From: Candidatus Poribacteria bacterium
GTDB lineage: Bacteria > Poribacteria > WGA-4E > WGA-3G
Assembly: GCA_965205015.1 (NCBI GenBank)
Contig: OZ242029.1
Span: 4,224,001-4,288,000, forward strand
Direction: 5' to 3'
DNA: 64,000 nt
In this document: one piece after another, positions 29,152 to 39,253 of the stretch
Layout of the letters: each line of letters starts with the position of its first letter
Numbering within the stretch: the stretch's first letter is position 1
The notes under the pieces: generated by a model
The model's input: the letters and a program-made list of their open reading frames with translations, nothing else
What the model was told of the DNA's origin: nothing
Database searches by the model: none
Translations under genes and position numbers: made by a program

Positions 29152-30342
29152 ATGTGGAGTCGCGGTTTTATTCTTCTTTGCGCCATTGTGTTCGTTGTCG
29201 GTTTGGTAACAGGACCGGTCCAGATGCTATTTCCGGTCTACGCGGAGACGATTTTAGAAGAGACCGCACTGTTTGCGGCGTTGTTGCGTGCACTCCCTAT
29301 CGGGTTAGGTGGACTCTCGGCACTGATAGGTGGAACGCTCAGTGATCGGTTCGGACGGAAACCGGCTATACTCATCGGGATGACAGGTGCAGTCGTCGTA
29401 GGCGCGCTTTTCACCACAGAAACGCCGTTGTTTATCTGGGGCATCCTCTGTTATGAAGGCATCGCATCGGGGTTCAAAACTGCGGGTGGTCAAACCTATC
29501 TCATTAGCGTTGTGCCATCAAACCGATTGGGATTGGCGACAGGACTGTACTTTATCAATATGACTGTCGGGAGTGCTGTCGGGAGTGCTATTGCTGGAGA
29601 AGTCATAGATCGTATTGATTATGGTGTTTTCGGGATCGGTGCCGTGGTTTTAGCAGGTGTTCTGTTCATAGGTGCGTGTTTCTTTCTACCTCGATTGGCA
29701 CGACAGCCGTCTTCTAATAACCAGCGGAAGCAAGGTGGGATATGGAAATCGACCCTTAATATCGGAGCATATATAGATCTGAGTCGGCGGCGAAACATGC
29801 AAATGCTGATCGGTTTACGGGTTTTCCCGACCTATTATTGGGGCTCTGTGAACCTGCTGATGCCGATCTTGATTGCCCGTATCGCTGGCGTTAAAGCGAC
29901 AGGTTATTACGGGGCGGTGAGTCTGTTATTTGCTTTTGGGTGTCAATTAGTTGTTGGTAGAATATGCGATGCGATTGGGCATCGCACACCTGCCCTCGTG
30001 GCGAATGTGCTTGTTACGCTCCTCGCTTTTGGCGTAGCGTTCTTCCATGATTCTTTAATCGCGCTGGAGGTTTTCGGGATACTCGGTGCAGGCGCGGCGT
30101 GGGGACTCTCGACGACGATTCCTCGGTTTATCAACGAATTCACCGAGGCTCATGAGAAAGGACACGGGGTAGGTCTCACCCATTTGGCATGGAGCACAGG
30201 ATTTCTTCTTGGCTACGTCGCAAGCGGTTTTTTGATTAACTTCTCTGTTCAGGTTCCATTTATTGTGGCAGGAATTTCCCTGATTTTTTCAACAGGTATT
30301 GCTTACAAACTTCAAGATACAAATACTAAGATCACAAACTAA
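29152..30342 (+). CDS. MFS transporter
   Basis: GTLSDRFGRK motif A; about 12 hydrophobic segments. Confidence 0.9.
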   Translation: MWSRGFILLCAIVFVVGLVTGPVQMLFPVYAETILEETALFAALLRALPIGLGGLSALIGGTLSDRFGRKPAILIGMTGAVVVGALFTTETPLFIWGILCYEGIASGFKTAGGQTYLISVVPSNRLGLATGLYFINMTVGSAVGSAIAGEVIDRIDYGVFGIGAVVLAGVLFIGACFFLPRLARQPSSNNQRKQGGIWKSTLNIGAYIDLSRRRNMQMLIGLRVFPTYYWGSVNLLMPILIARIAGVKATGYYGAVSLLFAFGCQLVVGRICDAIGHRTPALVANVLVTLLAFGVAFFHDSLIALEVFGILGAGAAWGLSTTIPRFINEFTEAHEKGHGVGLTHLAWSTGFLLGYVASGFLINFSVQVPFIVAGISLIFSTGIAYKLQDTNTKITN

Positions 30343-30367
30343 ATGAAGATTAAGAATGTAATTCGGT

Positions 30368-30458
30368 AATGTGTGGGTAGGCACAAGACTTACCCGAATG
30401 TATGGATAGGCACAAGACTTACCCGAATGTATGGGTAGGCACAAGACCTACCCCTACA
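30368..30458. repeat. Three tandem 29-bp REP-like units
   Basis: AATGT(G/A)TGG(G/A)TAGGCACAAGACTTACCCG x2, then ...GGGTAGGCACAAGACCTACCCCTACA. Confidence 0.85.
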
Positions 30459-30543
30459 GTGATTTTTCGGGATGGAATTACCGGAATATTTATTTAAACT
30501 TCATACAGTTTGTGTTACTTTCAAACGAAGGAAGGAATGCATA

Positions 30544-31071
30544 ATGGTAATTGCAGAACTCGATTTAGAAAATGGGGAACATCGTGAACTCACAAATTCC
30601 GAATGGCGTTATGGCGATGGACTCGTTCCCGGTGAACCCAACGGTGGCTTAGTCAATCAGTTAAAAGAAACACCCGCTCGGCTGGCGGATTATGACGATT
30701 CAGGATGGCCGGTCTGTGAGGATATTCAAGAGTGGGTTTCGGAAGGACTCTGTTTCGGTTGGTACCGCATCACTGTGACACTTCCAGAGGAAGTTGACGG
30801 CGTCTCAATCGCTGGATCACAGGTGTGGTTCCACACGTGTATTGACGACTACGGTGAAGTCTGGATCGATGGCGAAATTGACTTGGCTTTTGGAGAGTCA
30901 GGACGTGGTGCTGCCTCGGGTTTCAATACGCCGCAACGCGTTGTCGTTACAGAAAGCGCGGAACCGGGTGCGAAACATGTCATTGCATGCTTAGCGATCA
31001 ACGGTCCCCTTGCCAGACCAGGGGGTGGTATCTTTATGCGTTTCGCCAAGTTAGAATTTGAATCCTCTTAA
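30544..31071 (+). CDS. Hypothetical galactose-binding-like domain protein
   Basis: YDDSGW, GWYR, IDDYGEVWIDG resemble GH2 sugar-binding domains. Confidence 0.6.
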   Translation: MVIAELDLENGEHRELTNSEWRYGDGLVPGEPNGGLVNQLKETPARLADYDDSGWPVCEDIQEWVSEGLCFGWYRITVTLPEEVDGVSIAGSQVWFHTCIDDYGEVWIDGEIDLAFGESGRGAASGFNTPQRVVVTESAEPGAKHVIACLAINGPLARPGGGIFMRFAKLEFESS

Positions 31072-31090
31072 TTATAGCCTCTGGACTACT

Positions 31091-31166
31091 CTCCATTACA
31101 TTACGATCAGGTTTCTGATGAACGTATTTGGTTTAATCAGAAACATTAGCCCGTAATGTAATGGAG
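31091..31166. repeat. Long inverted repeat (REP-like hairpin)
   Basis: CTCCATTACATTACG / CGTAATGTAATGGAG outer arms with inner GTTTCTGAT / ATCAGAAAC. Confidence 0.75.
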
Positions 31167-31243
31167 GGTGGACTTAAGGAACGCACTTAATGGACTAAAC
31201 GAATATTGTTTCTCGGCAAGGTAAAATTAAAAAAGGAAAAAAT

Positions 31244-31930
31244 TTGCGTAAAAAAGCAGTCGTCTTACTCAGTGGCGGCTTGGATTCAGCAACAACGCTT
31301 GCTATCGCGCGCGATGAAGGTTACGATACATACTGCATAAGTTTTCGGTATGGTCAGCGACACGCAGTGGAACTACAGTGTGCCAAAAACATTACGAAGG
31401 CGTTAGGTATTAGGGAACACGCCGTCATTGACATTGACTCTCGGACCTTTGGCGCGTCAGCATTGACAGCAGATATAGAAGTTCCAAAGGATAGATCGGA
31501 TACAGAAATGGGAAGTGGCATCCCGATAACCTACGTTCCCGCCCGAAACACAATTTTTCTCTCCTATGCCCTCGCGTATGCGGAGGTTCTCGCCGCTGAC
31601 ACCATTTTTATCGGAGCTAACGCTATCGATTACAGCGGCTATCCAGACTGCCGTCCGGAATATATAGATGCCTATCAAACGATGGCAAACCTCGCGACAC
31701 AAGCCGGCGTTGAAGGTAAAACGAAACTGAGAATTCGCGCCCCACTTATCGACAAAACGAAGGCAGAGATTATCCAAATCGGCACAGCACTCGGTGTCGA
31801 TTACAGTCTCACCTTAAGTTGCTACGATCCAGATACCGAAGGCAACGCATGCGGTGGATGTGATAGCTGCCTGCTCCGAAAGCGAGGCTTTAAAGAAGCA
31901 GGTATCCCCGATCCAACGCACTACGTCTAA
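31244..31930 (+). CDS. queC: 7-cyano-7-deazaguanine synthase
   Basis: LSGGLDS, YGQRH, TYVPARN, GYPDCR, SCY...CGGCDSC. Confidence 0.97.
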   Translation: MRKKAVVLLSGGLDSATTLAIARDEGYDTYCISFRYGQRHAVELQCAKNITKALGIREHAVIDIDSRTFGASALTADIEVPKDRSDTEMGSGIPITYVPARNTIFLSYALAYAEVLAADTIFIGANAIDYSGYPDCRPEYIDAYQTMANLATQAGVEGKTKLRIRAPLIDKTKAEIIQIGTALGVDYSLTLSCYDPDTEGNACGGCDSCLLRKRGFKEAGIPDPTHYV

Positions 31931-31952
31931 AGGTGAAGCACTCAAAAAAACG

Positions 31953-32657
31953 ATGACAAAAGCAATTTTTTTTGATTTTTATAATACACTCTGCACGTGG
32001 GGGCAGCCCCTTATCGGGCGTCTCCAGAAAATCGCAGACCGGTACGGTTTTGAAATTAACCCAGCACGCTATGCAGCAGCACGCGAGAATCTCTATGCGG
32101 AGGCATCAGGGTCCGATCCTACCGCGCACGCACTCCTTGAAACGATGCAAGAGATCATTGAGAGTTACCACGACTTTGTAAAAGCACTCGGTGTTCAAGA
32201 ACATGTAGAACAGATGACATGGGAACTCTTACAATCCGAACACTCACTTTTCGCTGCCAATGCCGCGACACTCTATGACGATACCGTTCCGACACTTCAG
32301 CATTTGCGAGATGCGGGTTTCAAGTTAGCAATCGTTTCCAATTGGGATACGCCGTTGGACCCACTTACCGAGAGACTCGGTATTGCGCACTATTTCGATA
32401 TAATTGTCGCCTCGCACGATGCCCGTGTCCGGTCAGCAAAACCAGATCCGCATATCTTCAACTATACGCTCGCAGCGGTCGGTGTTTCGGCAGAAGAGGT
32501 TGTCCATGTCGGGGATACCTACGAGGCAGACATCGTTGGAGCACAAAATGCGGGGATCCGTCCGATATTGATTGACAGAGACAACACACAAACCGACAGA
32601 TGGCACGAGACGATCCAGAACCTGTCCCAATTACCGGAACTACTTTCCAGGGTATAA
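31953..32657 (+). CDS. HAD-IA hydrolase
   Basis: FFDFYNTL, VSNWD, KPD, HVGDTYEADI. Confidence 0.9.
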   Translation: MTKAIFFDFYNTLCTWGQPLIGRLQKIADRYGFEINPARYAAARENLYAEASGSDPTAHALLETMQEIIESYHDFVKALGVQEHVEQMTWELLQSEHSLFAANAATLYDDTVPTLQHLRDAGFKLAIVSNWDTPLDPLTERLGIAHYFDIIVASHDARVRSAKPDPHIFNYTLAAVGVSAEEVVHVGDTYEADIVGAQNAGIRPILIDRDNTQTDRWHETIQNLSQLPELLSRV

Positions 32658-32669
32658 AACAAGGAAATT

Positions 32670-33371
32670 ATGGTAAAGGCTGTTTTCTTTGATTTTTACG
32701 AAACATTATGTTTTCACAAGCATTCCCTTGAAGAAAACCTTGAAAGAATTGCTGAAAGGTATGGCGTTGAGGTCAATTGGGAACGCTGTGAAACAGCAAT
32801 GGAACGTCTTTTTGCCGGGACATCGTTCCCCGACCCTACGACCGATTTTTCTTTGTTGGAATCGTTGATAACTGTGATGAAGCGAGAATCCGAATTTATC
32901 AGGGAAGTCGGCATTGAGAAACACGTAGAACAGATAGCATGGGAGTTGTTGCAATCTGGGCACTACGTCTTTGCGGCGAACAGTGCTACGCTCTACGATG
33001 ACGCTATCCCGACACTTCAGCACTTCCGAGATGAAGGCTTCAAGTTAGCGATTGTTTCCAATTGGGATACGCCGTTGGATCCACTCACCGAGCGACTCGG
33101 TATTGCCGATTATTTCGATGCCATTGTCGCCTCGCACGATGCGCGCGTCAAGTCCGAAAAACCGGATCCACATATCTTCAACTACGCGCTTGCCGCGGTC
33201 GGTGTTTCAGCAGAAGAAGCCATTCACATCGGGGATACTTATGAGGCGGACATTGTCGGAGCAGAAGGTGTAGGGATTCGTCCGATATTGCTTGACAGAG
33301 ACGGCACACAAGCCGGCAGATGGAAAGAGACAATCCAGAGCCTCACCGAATTACCGAAACGACTCGTTTAG
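32670..33371 (+). CDS. HAD-IA hydrolase (tandem paralog)
   Basis: FFDFYETL, VSNWD, KPD, HIGDTYEADI. Confidence 0.9.
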   Translation: MVKAVFFDFYETLCFHKHSLEENLERIAERYGVEVNWERCETAMERLFAGTSFPDPTTDFSLLESLITVMKRESEFIREVGIEKHVEQIAWELLQSGHYVFAANSATLYDDAIPTLQHFRDEGFKLAIVSNWDTPLDPLTERLGIADYFDAIVASHDARVKSEKPDPHIFNYALAAVGVSAEEAIHIGDTYEADIVGAEGVGIRPILLDRDGTQAGRWKETIQSLTELPKRLV

Positions 33372-33379
33372 TTCTCGGT

Positions 33380-35371
33380 TCAGTAAAGGTAAGGTTTCAT
33401 ATCCCATAACAGGATGGTGCCGTCTAAACTACCGCTCGCTAAGAGTGTTCCGTCCGGCGAGAAAGCGAGCGACTGAATGTCGGTGGGATGACTCCAGAAA
33501 GTAGCAACATTTTCTCCCGTGGTGGCATCCCATAAACGAATGGACATCTTATCGGTGCCTTGCCACGATGCACCAGAAACGAGATATCGTCCACACGGGG
33601 AGAAGGTTAAGGCATCAGGTCTCTGACATCCATGTGGCAAACATATCACCATCCGGGTTTCATAGGTCGTTGCATCCCACAAATGGATCTCTCGGAAAAC
33701 ACCGCCAGCAATCAGGGTTCCGTCGGGAGCAAAGGCAATCGTTTTTGGGGTACTCCTATACGCCGAGCCTTTTTCCAACCATTCGAGTATTTTCTGAATT
33801 TGGCGATCGTCGCCTTTATATTTAGACGTATCTCGGGGTCGGTTTGAGGAGAGTTCAGTGATCAGTTTCCCGCTTTCAATATCCCACAATCGGGCTTTTT
33901 CCTCATGGTGTGCACTCGCAAGATACTGTCCATCCGGTGAAAAGGCGATCGACCAGATCCAATCCGTATCTTCCGTGAAGATTTGAAGTTCATAGCCGTG
34001 TTCCACATCCCATACGCCTAAAACACCGTTAGCATCCGCGCTCACCAGTAGATTTCCTTTGGGAGAGAAAGCGAGGGCATAGAGGACTGCCTGATGTCCA
34101 GTAAGTTCAACAGGTGGAGTGTCTGGTTTCCCAAAGTCCCATACTCTCACAATCTTATCGTAGGAGGTGGCAGCTAATTTGTTGCCACAGGGTGAAAAAT
34201 CAATAGAACGGATCGTCTGAAGACCTTCGCATTTGAATGTTGTCTGCAGTTTTAATGCCTGAACATCCCGTAAACGAATTTCACCTAACCAACAGCCGGC
34301 AGCCAACTTGTTTCCATCAGGTGAAAATGCAACAGCCCCACACACAGAATCGTGGTCACGGATAGCAGGAGACTGGGGTGCGAGGTCTCCGATGCTCCAC
34401 GTCCGAATGGTATCTGTACCACCGATAACTAACTGCGAACCCGTCTGTGAAAAACGGAATCGCTGGACAATTTCTTTATACGTTAAGGTCGCTACCTTTC
34501 GGGTCCGTTCCACATCCCAAACGGTAAGCGTCGTTCCAGAAGCCATTGCAGCAAGCAAAACGCCGTCAGTTGAATAGGCGTATTGCACCAATCTCGTCGC
34601 CTCTGGCATTGATGTGATAATGGGATGTGGTTCATTAGCGGTGAGTTTGTCAGTTTCCCATTTTTGAAGACTGCCATCCCAATCCACCGAGGTCAGGAAC
34701 TCACCACACGGTGAAAAAAGCAGGGCAATTACTATGGCTGAGTGTCCAGTGAGGTGAGCAACACGTTCACCGGTTTTGATGTTCCAGACGGAAAAGGTAT
34801 TTTCGGGGGTTGCTCCTATGAGGAGCTTTCCGTCAGGTGAAAAAGTAAGTGGAATGCGAGTGGGATAATGACGAGGTTGGAGTTCTTCATCAACGGCAAA
34901 TTTCGCGATCTGTTCACCAGTTTCGAGGTGCCAAATGTAAATCGCATCGTATCTTCCACCAGAGGAGGCTAAGCATTGCCCATCCGGTGAAAAAACAAGC
35001 TCAGAAGCCCGATCAAATTGTCCCATCCGTTGCATGTTCACAAGGCAACGGTGATTCTGCACATCCCAAACTTTAATCTCACCGTCTTGGTTGCCGGTGG
35101 CAAGTAGCGTACCATCCGATGAAAATTTAAGGGCGGAAATCATCCCTCGTTCTGTTTCCCACAATGCGATAGGCTTCATCGTGGCAAGTTCATACCACCA
35201 AACCCCAATCGATGTTCCAACAACGAGATACTTTTCATCTGGCGAAAATTCAAGCGGCCCGACCGTTCCGCGTCCTAACCGAGCAATTGCGCCTTCTGGG
35301 AGTGCCCAAGTGCTGACATCCGTATCTATGCCTGTTTCTTCGGAAACCGTCTGAGGATTTGGATTTAGCAC
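33380..35371 (-). CDS. WD40-repeat protein
   Basis: LPEGAIARLGRG N-terminus and many FSPDG...WD repeats. Confidence 0.93.
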   Translation of the reverse strand: MLNPNPQTVSEETGIDTDVSTWALPEGAIARLGRGTVGPLEFSPDEKYLVVGTSIGVWWYELATMKPIALWETERGMISALKFSSDGTLLATGNQDGEIKVWDVQNHRCLVNMQRMGQFDRASELVFSPDGQCLASSGGRYDAIYIWHLETGEQIAKFAVDEELQPRHYPTRIPLTFSPDGKLLIGATPENTFSVWNIKTGERVAHLTGHSAIVIALLFSPCGEFLTSVDWDGSLQKWETDKLTANEPHPIITSMPEATRLVQYAYSTDGVLLAAMASGTTLTVWDVERTRKVATLTYKEIVQRFRFSQTGSQLVIGGTDTIRTWSIGDLAPQSPAIRDHDSVCGAVAFSPDGNKLAAGCWLGEIRLRDVQALKLQTTFKCEGLQTIRSIDFSPCGNKLAATSYDKIVRVWDFGKPDTPPVELTGHQAVLYALAFSPKGNLLVSADANGVLGVWDVEHGYELQIFTEDTDWIWSIAFSPDGQYLASAHHEEKARLWDIESGKLITELSSNRPRDTSKYKGDDRQIQKILEWLEKGSAYRSTPKTIAFAPDGTLIAGGVFREIHLWDATTYETRMVICLPHGCQRPDALTFSPCGRYLVSGASWQGTDKMSIRLWDATTGENVATFWSHPTDIQSLAFSPDGTLLASGSLDGTILLWDMKPYLY

Positions 35372-35494
35372 CGTGCTCCTCCTATTTCAAAATGACCCTT
35401 TTGCGCATAGGTGAAATTTCATCTGCCCGCAGTTGATAGAAATAACAGATTGCATCAGTGGTTGTTCTTGAATGAGGTGTTGGATTTAAGGATA

Positions 35495-36682
35495 TCACGA
35501 CAGCCCAACTCCTGTTTCGTAAACATCGTTCTGGACTAACCATACCGAAACTGCCTGAACGAGAATCTGATTCGCCCGTTCAACAATTGGGTTTAAAGAT
35601 GGAATATTGGCAAACATCTTATGTGCTCGGTGTTTCAAGTTTGCAATGGATGGCAACTCAAGGATTTTCATCTCTTTGAGGAATGCTTCAACCTCTGATT
35701 GACTGATGCGAGCACGGTTACGCAGTTCTTCCAACTTCGGTGTGTGCGCCCAGGTTTTTAAAACCGTTTTACCGATGTGTTCAATCGAAAAACTCGCAGC
35801 GAGTTGTTGCGCGGCATTTTCGATGGTTGTTAGAGATAATCTACGTTTTCCTTCAACCACATGTGCTGGCGGTAAACGTAGATCCCAAACGATTCTAAAG
35901 AAGGACAAAGTTCTTAGGATATAGTATGTGATATCAATTTGCCACCAATGGAAGCCTTGGGGAGTAGCACTCGGGAAGTGGTGGTGATTGTTATGCCATC
36001 CTTCCCCCAACGTGATAATAGCCAGAAGCAGGTTATTGCGAGAATGGTCACCTGTGGCGTACCGCTGTTTCCCGAATACGTGAGAGAGAGAATTGATCGT
36101 AAATGTCCCGTGAAAAAGGATCACCGTGCTCACGAAGAATCCTACGATGAGTCCCGACCAACCCGCAATCGCCCAAACGAGAACACCTAATAGGAAGGGG
36201 GGCAATCTGTCCCATTTATTGAGCCAAACGAGTTCTGGGTATTTCTGAAAATCCTTAATTATACCGTAATCTACGGTCCGCCCGCGTTTCGAGAAAATCC
36301 ACAGCACGTGAGAATGCCAAAATCCGTGTTGTACTGGGGAATGTATATCTTGCTCTGTATCGGAGTGTTTATGGTGTTCGCGATGTTTCGCTGCCCACCA
36401 GAGCGCGCCGCGTTGCGCTGAAGTCTGCCCCAGGAATGCCAGAAAAAATTGGAATCCGCGACTTGTTTTGAAGGAACGGTGCGAAAAATAACGATGATAT
36501 CCAGCCGTGATACCGAACATACGGATAACATACAATGCACCGCATATCATCCAGTCGATAGGTTGAACGTCCACCCAGAAAATTGCAAGACAGGCAAGGT
36601 GAACCATTATGAAAGGCAGGACGCGTGGGTGAATAATGTCCTCCGCATGGGAAGGACGTGTAGGGCATGGTTCGGTTGACAA
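35495..36682 (-). CDS. Delta-9-type fatty acid desaturase with C-terminal extension
   Basis: His boxes HRYFSH, HREHH, HNNHH. Confidence 0.9.
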   Translation of the reverse strand: MSTEPCPTRPSHAEDIIHPRVLPFIMVHLACLAIFWVDVQPIDWMICGALYVIRMFGITAGYHRYFSHRSFKTSRGFQFFLAFLGQTSAQRGALWWAAKHREHHKHSDTEQDIHSPVQHGFWHSHVLWIFSKRGRTVDYGIIKDFQKYPELVWLNKWDRLPPFLLGVLVWAIAGWSGLIVGFFVSTVILFHGTFTINSLSHVFGKQRYATGDHSRNNLLLAIITLGEGWHNNHHHFPSATPQGFHWWQIDITYYILRTLSFFRIVWDLRLPPAHVVEGKRRLSLTTIENAAQQLAASFSIEHIGKTVLKTWAHTPKLEELRNRARISQSEVEAFLKEMKILELPSIANLKHRAHKMFANIPSLNPIVERANQILVQAVSVWLVQNDVYETGVGLS

Positions 36683-36864
36683 TATAATTCTCCTTGCTAC
36701 GTATAGCAGTTAAGTTATGTCTATTCAAATTGTTTCGTACACAGGAATTTATCAGGGTACAATGGTTGTTAGTGTGTTATTAGAACAGAATTAAGAATAC
36801 CACGTTTTGTCAGAGGAGTCAAGCTCTTCTATTTTTGGGTGGGACTATTCAGTGTGTTTCTCCT

Positions 36865-37086
36865 TTATTTTTCAGGGGGTGTTTCGGGTTTGCTTTCGGT
36901 ATCGTCCGTATTGACGTTTCGTTGTGTCATCTCAGCGACAATACCGATAACCGTTGCACTCAGGAGCATTGAGAGTGTGTCATTGACAAACAAACCAAAG
37001 ATGTCCTGACAGATAAAAAACCCGACGGTCATCAACACAACCTTGATGTTCCATAACAGAAAACGTTTCAGCCCTTTTAAGATCAT
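36865..37086 (-). CDS. Small two-TM hypothetical protein
   Basis: Two hydrophobic helices; start is 3 nt from the upstream stop. Confidence 0.55.
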   Translation of the reverse strand: MILKGLKRFLLWNIKVVLMTVGFFICQDIFGLFVNDTLSMLLSATVIGIVAEMTQRNVNTDDTESKPETPPEK

Positions 37087-37089
37087 GGA

Positions 37090-37449
37090 TCACCACCACT
37101 TGCGGATCGAGGGCCGGAGCCTCCCAATGACGATGCCGAACATCATGCCGACAGCAAAAAGAGCGACGTTCTCATAGAGTTCGGTGCCCTTCTTATCTCT
37201 GATGTCTTCACGAAGCCGTTGTAGTGCCTGCTTCTCTCTTGCCATTTGCTGTTTCTGACGCTCCCGTTCGATTGTTCTGTGTTCTCGCTGTGCCGTCTTT
37301 TCGGCTTTTCTTGCGGATTTGGCGGCGACTTTGGTGGCTTTTCTATCTTCCTTTGGGGTGGGGCGTTGCTCGGATGCCCAAGTGCCTCTGAGACAGATGC
37401 CCATCAGAACCGCAGCGACGATGACACAGACGAGTGTTGCCTTTTGCAT
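37090..37449 (-). CDS. Hypothetical protein (signal peptide, basic coiled coil, C-terminal TM)
   Basis: GGAGG RBS before MQKATL. Confidence 0.6.
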   Translation of the reverse strand: MQKATLVCVIVAAVLMGICLRGTWASEQRPTPKEDRKATKVAAKSARKAEKTAQREHRTIERERQKQQMAREKQALQRLREDIRDKKGTELYENVALFAVGMMFGIVIGRLRPSIRKWW

Positions 37450-37477
37450 ACGATTGCCTCCAGACAACAGGTTGTTT

Positions 37478-37801
37478 TCAAAATCCCGCACAACCTGCAA
37501 AGCGAGATTCCTTTGGAGGAATATCCCCGACGAACCGCGTCGCAGACAGCCGGAGCACTCTTTCAACTGCCTGTTGACACCGCGTGCGGATGTCGATCGC
37601 TGGAAGGCGTTTATCACCGGTGAGCATACCACGCGGTTGAAAGGGAATCAGCTGATAGTTACCAAGCGCGAGGACTTCGTTATACTTTCCTGCCTGATCA
37701 AGACCGACAGTCGCTATACCTGTAATACAAGCAAAAATAAAAGTTGCTATGAAATATCTCAGTGTTTTTCTCCTTTGTAAGTTATAGGTTGTGAAGTTCA
37801 C
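37478..37801 (-). CDS. Hypothetical protein (start uncertain)
   Basis: Internal AAGGAG followed by a hydrophobic segment; fills the gap in a co-oriented gene run. Confidence 0.4.
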   Translation of the reverse strand: MNFTTYNLQRRKTLRYFIATFIFACITGIATVGLDQAGKYNEVLALGNYQLIPFQPRGMLTGDKRLPAIDIRTRCQQAVERVLRLSATRFVGDIPPKESRFAGCAGF

Positions 37802-37803
37802 AG

Positions 37804-38460
37804 CTAATGTGTGTGCATAGGTTTCGGCTCAATCGGCTCTTCACGCTCCAGGGCATCCTTGCGCTCATCGGTTTTCTCGAACTCTGCCATGAGAAACTTT
37901 CCCCTCTCAATATCTTTGAGGCGTTCAGATTCAGGTATGTGTGTCGCTTCATAAGCAGGACGGTAATTGTATTTTTCAAGGAGCGATATTAATTCGTTCT
38001 CCACACCATCAAATTCAGTCGTCAGTTTCCAATACTTTTTCATGTATTCTATGTCTGCCATGAACCAAGTGGCGGTCCGATGGGCATCTGCCAATACAGC
38101 CTGATGCTCTTTGCAGTCAGGATACTCCTTATAATGCTTTGCGACATAGTTATCTCGGACGCGCGCATAGACATCTTCCTTTGGAGTGGTTCTCAGGTAT
38201 CCCTCAACAGCCTTTAGGGTCGAAAGCGAGACGGACACATCGGCGGGCATTACCCCCCGCGCATCGACACTTGTATCTTCGAGCGGGCGGCATAAGTGCC
38301 AACGCCACTCATTGAGTTTAGAAGGGTCGATAGGTTCTGCGGAGAAGGAAATGTAAACTTTTTGCTGTTCTTGGCTGGTGATGTGCTGCCCACAAAATAT
38401 TCCACCGCTGGCGATAATTGGGACACAAACGACCAATATCCAAACTTTTTTGGCTAACAT
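37804..38460 (-). CDS. Membrane-anchored hypothetical protein (YPDC / HTH-tail family)
   Basis: N-terminal TM; HYKEYPDC...ADA; ends EPIEPKPMHTH. Confidence 0.7.
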   Translation of the reverse strand: MLAKKVWILVVCVPIIASGGIFCGQHITSQEQQKVYISFSAEPIDPSKLNEWRWHLCRPLEDTSVDARGVMPADVSVSLSTLKAVEGYLRTTPKEDVYARVRDNYVAKHYKEYPDCKEHQAVLADAHRTATWFMADIEYMKKYWKLTTEFDGVENELISLLEKYNYRPAYEATHIPESERLKDIERGKFLMAEFEKTDERKDALEREEPIEPKPMHTH

Positions 38461-38594
38461 TTTCAAACTCCTTGTCGCTACTCTTTGTAGATCAGATGAG
38501 ATTGCGAAAATCGCGACCGATTGAATTACCTTGCCTAATAGTGGTAGTAAAGTGTTCGAGGTTCAGTCGGGGTTCGTTCATAAAGGTCATCCTG

Positions 38595-39215
38595 TCAATG
38601 TTTGTGAGTGTGTTGCGGGTCCGGCTCTACTGGCTCCTGGTTGATTAAATCAATTAATCTTACTTGGAGGTCATAAATCCGTTTTTCAATAGGATTCGCA
38701 AAAATCTGAAGTCTCCGCTTTTTTCTGTGACGCATCTGACCTCTCAATTTTCTTATATCGGATGCCAACTTGTTCATTTCCTCCACCTTCTTGTCGAAGT
38801 CCATTTCAATAGAAGCGTCAGACATGTAAAAACTCATTTTTTTGTGGTAAGGTCTAAATCCTGGCAAACGCCGATTGAAAATCTTGATCGTTTTCCTCCC
38901 TAAATGAATAATCTCATTCATAAGCACACTTTTTTTCCCCTTGTAGGTATAGTGATCCACTTCATATTGGGCGTGGCGTTTTGCATCTGCTTCCAGCATC
39001 TGTTCCTGTGTGCAATCGGGGTATTTCTGTAAGTGCGTCTTTTTATATGACTGGTAAGCTGAATTATATTTCTTATCCAGATCAACTTCTTTATCCAGAT
39101 CAATATATTCAGGTGTCGGTTCTTGATGTGTGATGTAGTATCCCCAAATTGAGCCGCAGATCAGGACACCTATCAACGTCAGCAAAATCGGCGCGCCAAT
39201 ACGTTTCCTCGACAT
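38595..39215 (-). CDS. Membrane-anchored hypothetical protein (paralog of 37804-38460)
   Basis: N-terminal TM; HLQKYPDC...ADA; ends EPVEPDPQHTHKH. Confidence 0.7.
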   Translation of the reverse strand: MSRKRIGAPILLTLIGVLICGSIWGYYITHQEPTPEYIDLDKEVDLDKKYNSAYQSYKKTHLQKYPDCTQEQMLEADAKRHAQYEVDHYTYKGKKSVLMNEIIHLGRKTIKIFNRRLPGFRPYHKKMSFYMSDASIEMDFDKKVEEMNKLASDIRKLRGQMRHRKKRRLQIFANPIEKRIYDLQVRLIDLINQEPVEPDPQHTHKH

Positions 39216-39253
39216 TTTCCGACTCCTTTTGTGTGGGTTGCGAAATCGCAAGC

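Noticed and set aside
30368-30458. Mini-CRISPR
   Set aside because: Adjacent 29-bp REP-like units with no spacers.
31075-31243. preQ1 riboswitch upstream of queC
   Set aside because: No recognisable preQ1-I stem-loop with an A-rich tail; the hairpin present is a long REP-like inverted repeat.
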